Positions 1 through 10,700 of a stretch of 64,000 nucleotides of DNA are shown here, piece after piece. The notes under the pieces were generated by a model. The model saw nothing but the letters and a program-made list of their open reading frames with translations. It had not been told where the DNA came from and did no database searches. The translations under genes were made by a program, and so were the position numbers. How positions within the stretch are numbered: position 1 is the stretch's first letter; every line of letters starts with the position of its first letter. The DNA is from Tubiluchus corallicola (Eukaryota; Animalia; Priapulida): assembly GCA_030141605.1 (NCBI GenBank), contig JAQGDQ010000513.1, positions 1 to 64,000 of the forward strand, in the 5' to 3' direction.

Positions 1-191
1 AAAGTCAACCCTTCTGTACATAAACAAAGAGATTTGACGACAATTACATAAACAATAACAAATTATGTAGTGAAATACGATTTTTTATGTTACAAAAAGT
101 CGTGTACACAAAACTGTTAAAGATTGCAGTGGGGATAATAATGTTTCGTGGTGGGGTTGAGTTTGTGTGTTGTTCAATTATTTTCGGCAAT

Positions 192-2211
192 GTTTTTCAG
201 TTGTACGAAACTTTTTATTTTTCTAGAGCATAAATTGGATTTTTGACTTAGGCGAAGTAAATTACACGTATTTTGATTAAATGGACCATAATTTTTTATT
301 TAAGTTAGACGAAATTTTGAGTTATATGAGTTAGGCGAAATTTTGAGTTAAGCGATGTTTTTTTGATGGGGAAAAACGAAGGATTTCATCCGTTGCTCTG
401 AAATTCCTTAAGTTAGGCAATTTTGAGTTATGCAGAGTTTTCTGTACAAAATTTTAGTTGATGCTCATCCAAAATTGGGATTAAAATACTATAATCACTC
501 ACAACTTTTATCTAAATTCACAGCTGACTAATCTGCCCTGAATAAAGTGCAAAACGCAACAGCTGTCAGTTATATTAAAACTGTTGTAGCTCTGTGAAAT
601 TCTATATGAATACAAAACGTTGAGGATATCATGACTAAAGTGTTATTATTTATTTAATTTATTTAATTATTTATTTAACTAATTATTAGTATTTAATGTT
701 TATTGAATCAATATTACTTATTTAAATAATATTTTCATCACGAAGCTGAAATGTCTTGTAAAGGTCGCAAGAATTCTTTTGAATGTGTAAAAGACTAACA
801 GCATATCAATGTGGAAATTAAAAATTGTTAAATCGATTCAATTTTAATTTATTTATCTCTTTATAACACTACAATAAAACATGATTAATAAAAGAATCGC
901 TAATAAGTTTTGAAGAATGGTTTGAATGAATAGATAGATCTAGAACTAAAGAAAAGATAGCAAAAAGATTATAAAGTCACCTAGTCTGCTATCCTTTACC
1001 AAATATAGATAAAATGATTTTTAGACACTGGTGTGCATTAATGTTATCAGTTTAATTTAGGAAACATTAATAATTTAAAAATTATAACATTTGCTACATA
1101 ATTAAGTAATCCAAAGTAAAGAAAATACATGTAATGTTCCGTTACAAGTTGTATTATATAATGAAAGTACAGTAAGTCCTCGCTTAACGATTCCCCGTTT
1201 AGCGACGTTTCGTTTTAACGACGCTGAACATTTGACACCTTTTCTAACTTAACGACACACTGTTTCGTTTTAACTATAATTTTGTTTACTTTGCGCTCAC
1301 AGCCATTTTTTATTCTATCAACAACTTTTTTTACCTAATTTGAAGCATTAAAATGGTACATATTGTGTTATTCAGTGTCTAAAAATCATTTTATCTATAT
1401 TTGGTAAAGGATAGCAGACTAGGTGACTTTATAATCTTTTTGCTATCTTTTCTTTAGTTCTAGATCTATCTATTCATTCAAACCATTCTTCAAAACTTAT
1501 TAGCGATTCTTTTATTAATCATGTTTTATTGTAGTGTTATAAAGAGATAAATAAATTAAAATTGAATCGATTTAACAATTTTTAATTTCCACATTGATAT
1601 GCTGTTAGTCTTTTACACATTCAAAAGAATTCTTGCGACCTTTACAAGACATTTCAGCTTCGTGATGCAAAATATTATTTAAATAAGTAATATTGATTCA
1701 ATAAACATTAAATACTAATAATTAGTTAAATAAATAATTAAATAAATTAAATAAATAATAACACTTTAGTCATGATATCCTCAACGTTTTGTATTCATAT
1801 AGAATTTCACAGAGCTACAACATTTTTAATATAACTGACAGCTGTTGCGTTTTGCACTTTATTCAGGGCAGATTAGTCAGCTGTGAATTTAGATAAAAGT
1901 TGTGAGTGATTATAGTATTTTAATCCCAATTTTGGATGAGCATCAACTAAAATTTTGTACAGAAAACTCTGCATAACTCAAAATTGCCTAACTTAAGGAA
2001 TTTCAGAGCAACGGATGAAATCCTTCGTTTTTCCCCACAAAAAAACATCGCTTAACTCAAAATTTCGCCTAACTCATATAACTCAAAATTTCGTCTAACT
2101 TAAATAAAAAATTATGGTCCATTTAATCAAAATACGTGTAATTTACTTCGCCTAAGTCAAAAATCCAATTTATGCTCTAGAAAAATAAAAAGTTTCGTAC
2201 AACTGAAAAAC
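192..2211. repeat. Near-perfect large inverted repeat (arms 192-1030 and 1373-2211, 342-bp spacer)
   Basis: 1373-2211 is the reverse complement of 192-1030; only about 3 differences were seen by eye. The outer flanks (1-110 vs ~2300-2415) are diverged inverted MITE copies. Confidence 0.95.
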
Positions 2212-2547
2212 CGTATTGTCTTCCGGGAAAATTCTCGTGTCTAACAAGTCACGCTCCTCCCCCCCCCCCCGATTATTTTCTCCGGGATTGCTCTTTCCGT
2301 GTTGTGTACATGACTTTTTGTAACATAAAAAAAATCGTATTTTACTACATAATTTGTTATTGTTTATGTAATTGTCACCATATCTTGTCGTTTATGTATA
2401 AAAGGGTTAACTTTCTGCTTTCTATTTAGCTTGCCGTCTGGAGGAGGGACCCCCGCTTAAAGTTTCTATGCTGGATAATGGTCAGCATTGCCTAACTCAA
2501 AATTTTTTTTCGATCCGGTTGGATTTGATTTATGCAGAGTTTACTGT
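1960..2547. mobile_element. Tc1/mariner-type MITE (TIR cag(t/a)aaactctgcata, TA-flanked); other copies at 1-445 (partial) and ~42150-43040
   Basis: ta|cagaaaactctgcataa ... ttatgcagagtttactg|ta; internal sequence is shared among the three copies. Confidence 0.75.
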
Positions 2548-2911
2548 ATTTTATTTTCTTACATAGTTTAAAAAGTAAACAATTTGTCGATATCCGTCTT
2601 AAAGCTATTCTATTTCAAGAACCTATTTCAAACAAAACCTACAAGCTACAACTTTGGTTTTGTTTTACTTCAAGCAACTCTCAAACATCTGAAATAGACT
2701 TGGTAATAAATAATTTTCCCTACAAAATGCTTCACTAATCTTCTTAAAGATTTTATCTGGAATTACTAAACTAAAATTTCATGTGATTTAGTCTTGTAAG
2801 TATACTATTGGCCCACATGTTTCATACTGCCATCTAATATTAATGTTTGCTTTAAAAAATTATAATAGCCATGGTTAGTAAATCTTAAAATAATTTCCTC
2901 ATTATTTGCAG

Positions 2912-4724
2912 GAAGAAAGTGCTCTTATTAACACTCATGGGGCAACCGGTGACAAGAAAAGGGCAACTCATTTTCACCATATGAATAATATTGTTGCAAA
3001 TCTTCTTTTGAACATGACAAGGTCTGGAATACTAATTATAATTTGTAGTGCAAAGAATTTGTTGCTATTGTTTGGCTACTAAGTTATCTTTATTTCAAAT
3101 TTCTGGCATTATGCATAAATTTAGCATTTTAAACCCTAACATTTTTGTCACTCGTTATTAATGTGATATTATATTGTACTGTATCAGTTTTTACATAATT
3201 TATAAGCTGTAAACATTAGTAGGCTGCTAAGTTTCATAACCATTTTGCCTGCTAACTTTCATAACCATTTTGCCTGCTTACTCTAATAGTCTAGAGTGTT
3301 TGTACTGCTTACTGGACATGTCAATACATGAAACTACTGACTCTGGCTCAGACTCCGACTCCTAGAATTTTAGAAGATCCAACTCCGACTCTGACTCCGG
3401 CTCCTAAAATTTTGGATCCAACTCCGGCTCGTAAGATTTTAGGAACCCCAACTCCTGACTCTAACTCCGGCTACTGCTTTTAAGCAATAGCTTGTAGTAC
3501 CCTCAATATTTAGCTACAGTGGCATTTCATCACTACTTCTTATGCTCCAAAAGGTGTCTAGCTACTTAGACACCAATACGAAAGCTTCCCAAAACGGGAC
3601 ATTACGTATAAAAGCATTAAAAGTTAAAAGTAACTGGAGAGTTTGTCTATTTTTTGCCAACTTCAGTACAGGCTCCTCTAACAATAAGTGTACTCCCGAG
3701 TTCTCACCCCAAAACCCTAAGTTTTAACAACACTGACTGCGACTCCTTTAGTAGTAAATTTACTGCCGACTCCGATTCCGCAGCCCTGTTACCAGACAAA
3801 ATGAATTTTATGTTATGTAGTTCTGCAAGATTCGAGGGATCCTTGAATGTAGATCTGAATGAGATCACAATGAATTTGGTACCATTTTCCAAGCTTCATT
3901 ACTTATTCTCCAGCATGGCTCCACTGTACAATATAAATGATGTAAACCTACCTCCTCGCAGGTAAGTGTATTTATAATTTATTTTGCTTTATATATGTAT
4001 ATAATATACTTATTTAATTAATATTTTGCATCACGAAGCTGAAATGTCTTGTAAAGGTTGCAAGAATTCTTTTGAATGTGTAAAAGACTAACAGCATATC
4101 AATGTGGAAATTAAAAATTGTTAAATCGATTCAATTTTAATTTATTTATCTCTTTATAACACTACAATAAAACATGATTAATAAAAGAATCGCTAATAGT
4201 TTTGAAGAATGGTTAAAATGAATAGATAGATCTAGAACTAGAGAAAGGATAGCGAAAAGATTATAAAGTCACCTAGTCTGCTATCCTTTACCAAATATAG
4301 ATAAAATGATTTTTAGACACTGGTGGGCATTAATGTTATCAGTTTAATTTAGGAAACATTAATAATTTAAAAATTATCACATTTGCTATATAATTAAGTA
4401 ATCCAAAGTAAAGAAAATACATTAATGTTCCATTACAAGTTGTATTATATAATGAAAGTACAGTAAATCCTCGCTTAACGACTCCCCATTTAGCAACGTT
4501 TCGTTTTAGCGACACTGAACATTTGACACCTTTTTCTCACTTAACGACACACTGTTTCGTTTTAACTATGATTTTGTTTACTTTGCACTCACAGCCATTT
4601 TTTATTTTATCAACAACCTTTTTTACCTAATTTGAAGCATTAAAATGGTACATGTTGTGTTATTCAGTTCTAAAAACACATCAACAACCTAAATAGTGCA
4701 ACTATTATAATGCTTTTACTTCCC

Positions 4725-4768
<44 letters not shown>

Positions 4769-7700
4769 ATGCAGCATTTTTCTGTTTAAGTTCCATTTTA
4801 ATGCGATAATGGACCTTTGTGAAACTGGTAGGGTTGCCACACTGCCATGAACCGAAGTCATGAGTCAAGAGCTAATCAGAGGCCCTGTAAGCTCCCCCAA
4901 TGGGGCCCGGGAAGGAGCCCCAGAAACCAAGCATTTCCTGCATTTTAGATGTCTTGCGAGGTCTTTTTCGGAAATTAAAATCAAGAAATTCCAACTACAA
5001 AGTTGTGCAAATTCTTAATTTTAGACGCCAAAAAGCCCTAAAAGTCTAAGACTCACAAAAATGCAAGCAGTGTACGCAATTTTTGGAGTTTCTTTCTAGT
5101 CACGTTTCTCAGGTTTTCTGAGGTTTCTATGATCGGTTTAGCAATCAAATTATTAAGCACTTTATATTATGCGAAAATTGTGAATTAAAGTTATAGCGGA
5201 AGTATACTTGCTTTGCAGCATTTGCTGCTGCAACAAAATTTGGCGAAAAATGTAGACGGGGTGAAACGATGAAGCCATGTTAATTTAATAAGTTTATTGT
5301 CGCCTTAATTAACACAGACTTAGCTGTTTTTTAGCTTAATCTTTTGTAAAGTTTCAATATCGTGCAAGATGTATTTTCACTTTTTTCCACTTAAATTTCA
5401 ATGCGACGGCCAAAATCAGGAGATTTCAGAATTTTTCAAAAATCCGACCGAACTACGAATCAGGAGACTCGGGAGTGGCAGCAGCCCTAGACACTGGGTG
5501 AGATTGGTGGCAACCCTAGACACTGGGTGAGACTGGCGGCAACCCTAGACACTGGGTGAGACTGGCGGCAACACTAGACACTGGGTGAGACTGGTGGCAA
5601 CACTAGACACTGGGTGACACCAGCTTATCATGTTAAAGCAGTGTCTGACTACCATCATTGCACCAAAAACTTTTTCACTCTAGTAGTGTTTGCTTCACAC
5701 CCCAGCACAGCGGTGTGTTTGGCTGTTGTGCGCATGCGGCCATGTGCACGTGTCTAAGATAACACACTGTATGCTGTACTCTGTACTGCTAGCGTCTGCT
5801 GCTAGATAGAGAAAGTATTGTTGCTCACACAGTTTGTTGTCAGTTGTCACGTGCTTAACAACCGTGTACTGGCATATTCTTAAACTGCAGCAATTTAGGT
5901 TATTCGTAAGCAAAAATTGTTTTGTTTAGGATTTTATCAAGTTTATGTATAAACTTTTGTATGTTTGTTCAGCATATTTTTTGTTTGTTTTATGGATAGA
6001 TTGGATGAGATTTTCACAGACACATTTTCTCCTAGTCACCAGCTGATCAGAGGTAACCCAAAGCATGGTTTGTACATGGCCTGTGCTCTCATGGTCAGAG
6101 GGAAGGTTCATCTTTCTGATATTCGCAGAAATGTTGATAGGTAATATTTTTGACACCTATTGTCGTGGTGACTTTTCTGATGACAGTAAAACAAAAACGA
6201 GAACTTTTCCTTCTGCCATAACGCTAAATTTATTCTGTTCTTGAAGGTGCAATAAACATTTCCTCTCTTCCGTATCAACTCAACAACTAACTTCCTATTT
6301 TAACTAGGTTAACTCCTCGAACCAGTTCCTACAGCTATACGTAAATTAATTCAAATTGGCTTCTGTACGGCGGGTGAATCGTGAAGCCCAAACTTCATGA
6401 CATTTACCGCTGTGCTCACGCATGAGCTGTCAAACTAACTAACACATCTGAACTGAGAGGTACAGCACCTGTTTTTGTGCAGTGCGTTTTCAAAATGCAG
6501 GCACTAGTGCCCATTTATTTAGAGAATGGCTAAATGCATGTAACAGCAAAGAACTTATGGCGCGAACATGAAATTGTGTTTGTGTGGTATTAATAATTTT
6601 ACGCACGTCATTCTTGAAAAAATAGGTTGTTTTGACCTACAGTTTAAGATTGGGTCCAGTTTTAATTTAAAATTAGTACTTGCAGAAATACTAGGACAAT
6701 ACATCACAGTCAATTCATTCTACATGCTCTACTGACCTGCCTGAGGTAAAGCTGAATTTTCCATCTAATATTAAGTTTTTAAAAAAAACTTTAGTGTTTC
6801 TTTATGTTCAGAGAATCACCTACAAAAGTACTGATAACATCTAGGTTATTCTGGCATAAATTAGTGCCAAAGATGTCATTGTTACTAGTTAAAGAATCTG
6901 CAAGTCACTCAATATAAGTTTTTTCTCAGTTCCAGCGATTGATAATGATCGTGAAAAGGTCAAAGGTTATTAAATGTACCAGACAACACATTAGTGTACA
7001 CTTGACAACGCCTCGCAGTCCAAGCTGTCGTAATAGCAACAGTTTTAACAATTAGCTAGAACCTTACTTAGTTCATTTTTTCTTTTTCCCAAGCAAAATC
7101 CTGCTAGTAAATCACTCTATGCACAGACTAGTGCATAATTAAGTAAAGATCCTGCTAATAAATCACACTATGCATAGCCCAACGTATAATTAATTCAAAT
7201 CTACGTAAAACAGCTGAATTTGCTGAACTGATGTGGCAGCTGGCTTTACTTTACCCACCGGCACATGATGGTTGTAGTTAAGACGCATTGCTGTGGTACA
7301 CTTAACCTTTGACCTACAGCAACTGCCTGTGCGCACAACGAAACTACGAAAAACTTATTACGCAGCAGTTTTCACAGCCGAGTTTAATTTGTTTATATTA
7401 TTCTGAAACAGGTTAAAGCCAACGCTGAAGTTTATACACTGGAATCCAGAAGGTTGGAAAACTGGTCTATGCTCAGTGCAACCAATAGGTCAGCCGTACT
7501 CTCTTCTTACTCTGGCCAATAACACTTTCATACACAACACGTTTAGTGAACTTCTCGTCAGGTTCAACAGGTTATACAAACGAAAGGTATACGTGATAAT
7601 AGTTTATTCTGGGATGCACCAGTGGTGGCCCGATGTTAAAATTAGTGTGGGTGCTGCTTCAGAAAATATTTAGCCATTGTTTTAAAACTGTATGAAACTG

Positions 7701-10700
7701 AAACAAACATGTAATTTTAACATTGTAATTTGTAATTGTAATTTTAAACAAACATACAAAATTTTATACATAAACCTGATAAAATCCTAAACAAAAACAA
7801 TTTTCGCTTACGAATAGCCTAAATTGCTGCAGTTCAAGAATATACCAGTACATGGTTTTTAAGCATGTGACAACTGACAACAAACTGCGTGAGCAACAAT
7901 ACTTTCTCTACCTAGCAGCAGACGCTAGAACGGTACTACCCTCACGGGTTCTGGTTCCATACAAGTATGAAGAAAGAACTAAAGAAAATACTTATTACAT
8001 CGAATATTATCGATAATATTGAGTGAAAATAGGCGGTGCTGCAGTTCCACAGTACCTATGCGCGAGCCACCACTGGGATGCACTTTGGAAATGTACATTA
8101 TGGTAATACAGTAGGTGCCACTTAATAGATTTACACTGGGATGGAAGTGTTTTGACAAATTAACCAGTTGAATCTATTAACCGACAGACGTAGTATTACA
8201 GGTATGGAAGCAGGGATGAGAATTTTCCGCAGATACGCGGAATTCCGAGTTTTTGGAAGACCAGTAGTGCTATTTTTGTAAATCGCGTAAATTCACTGAG
8301 AAAATTTTTACGGACCCAGTACATTATTTCACAAGCCGACTGCTAGTTGGCAGGCCGTCGCTTTGTTTACATCACGTACATCAGTGTAACCACGTGTATA
8401 TCTCTATGTATAAAATATGGTATCAATTCTGTGGAGTTATTTGAGTCAATTGCAGACAGTCTTTATATACTTTTGCATAGGAGCGGCCAGTACTTAGACA
8501 TTTTTGAGACAATTAGGTATCATGTATCCTTGATAGTTGGGTATTTTAAATTATGCATGAAACAAGGTAATTGATATTTTAACTCCACTTAAGAGGTTCT
8601 CTATGGTCACAAAATTGCACCAAAGCCCCCGGCCTGTTTCAGAGTTTTTTAGTATTTGTCATTCTGATCCCTGTAGAAGTCATCGATTCTCAGCTTAGTA
8701 ATGCACTGCAAAGGCTGCCAGAGCTTTAACTGTTAGGTCTTTACGCTTATGCTTCATTTTTTAAAATTAATTCTATAGGTTTATTTGCTTTATGATGTTT
8801 ACACTTGTAAGTTGCCAGGAATAGTTAACCGATAAATCATTCTGTGAAAAGCAGCAAGAGCTTCAAAGGGAAACTGCTAGGCACATGACTAAAAGTTTAG
8901 CTTCCAAAAATTGTCGGACAACAAGATTAATTGCGGATGAGCAGGTGTCAGATTTAACACAGAAATGCTTCGCTAACATATTAGCGCATATGATAAACGT
9001 ACTGCTTACAAACAAAGCTGTACTTAACATGACTGTTTCTACGTACATTATAGTGCACAAAATCGATGTAAAGATGACATAAAATCAGTGAAAGCTCTTT
9101 GGAAACACACAATTTTAGGTGCGCGAAGTAAAAATACTGAGTCAATTATGTGGAGTTATTTGAGTCAATTACCGACAGTTTTTATATGAATTTGAATGGA
9201 GTAGCCCGTACCAGATGTTCTTCAGTGAAGTAGGCAATTGATTCTATTAACCATGAAAATAATAAACGGCACCCACTGTATGATAAAAATGAAAGAACAG
9301 GTGTTGTTAACTTACATACGGGAAACATTCCTCACATCATTCAGCACTTAGAATTCTACTGTGCCTTTGGCACAAGAGTATTAGTTTGATAAGCTATTTA
9401 CGGACTGCCCAAGTCTGGCACAACACCAATTCTTAGTGCCGATAGATCAACCCTTCTCACTGAAAATGATAAGATTCTCCAACGCTGGGCTGAACATTTC
9501 AACATCATTCTAAATCGACCATCCTCAATAAATGACGAGGCCATAGAAAGACTACCCCAAGTACCTATCAACAGATCTCTTGAAAATCTCCCATCAGAGA
9601 AAGAGGTAGAGAAAGCCATAAAGAGCCTGTCCAGCGGCAAAGCACCCGGAGCTGACTCCATCCCAGCTGAAATATATGCAAACGGCGGCCCTAAACTACA
9701 GACAAAACTGACGGAGCTGTTCCAATTTATGTGGAAACAAGAAAAACTACCGCAAGACTTCAAAGATGCCACAATCATCCACCTCTATAAGCGGAAAGGA
9801 AACAGACAGCAGTGCGACAATCACAGGGGCATCTCACTCCTATCGATTGCTGGCAAAATCCTGGCAAGAATTCTTCTAGATCGTCTCAACACACACCTAG
9901 AGAAAGATCTTCTACCTGAAAGTCAGTGTGGCTTTAGACAGGGACGCAGCACAGTTGATATGATCTTTGCAGTGCGGCAGCTGCAAGAAAAATCCAGAGA
10001 ACAACATGTCAACCTACTGACAACCTTCGTTGACCTCACTAAGGCCTTCGACACCGTGTCTCGCGAAGGACTCTGGAAAATCATGGCTAAATTTGGATGC
10101 CCTGACAAGTTTATAAAGCTGATCAGAGAATTCCATGATGGTATGCAAGCGACAGTTCAGGACAACGGGAAATATTCAGACCCATTCGCAGTCTCCAACG
10201 GCGTAAAACAGGGCTGTGTGCTGGCACCGACTCTCTTCAGCATGATGTTCTCCGCAATGCTCACCGATGCATACAGAGACAGGAATGTCGGTATTGACAT
10301 CCGTTACAGGACAGATGGAAAACTTTTCAATCTTCGCAGACTGCAGGCCAAGACCAAAGTCAAAGAAGACACCATCCGTGACCTCTTATTTGCAGACGAC
10401 TGCGCTCTCAATGCCACCTCAGAGCAAGACATGCAGGAAAGTGTTAACCTCTTTGCACAGGCATGCGATGATTTTGGCCTCACTATTAACACAAAAAAGA
10501 CAGAGGTCCTACTTCAGCCTGCCCCTGACAGCACATATGTAGAACCAACCATCACTATCAAAAATGAGAAACTGACGGCAGCCAACAAGTTCGTTTACTT
10601 GGGTAGCACCCTATCAAGATCAGCTACCATTGATGATGAAGCAGCCTTCAGAATATCAAGAGCCAGTGCAGCCTTTGGAAACCTAAGAACAACATGCTGG

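Noticed and set aside
6161-6285. Solo LTR (TG...CA with AATAAA); similar impression at ~46820-47200
   Set aside because: No convincing TSD or second copy in the window.
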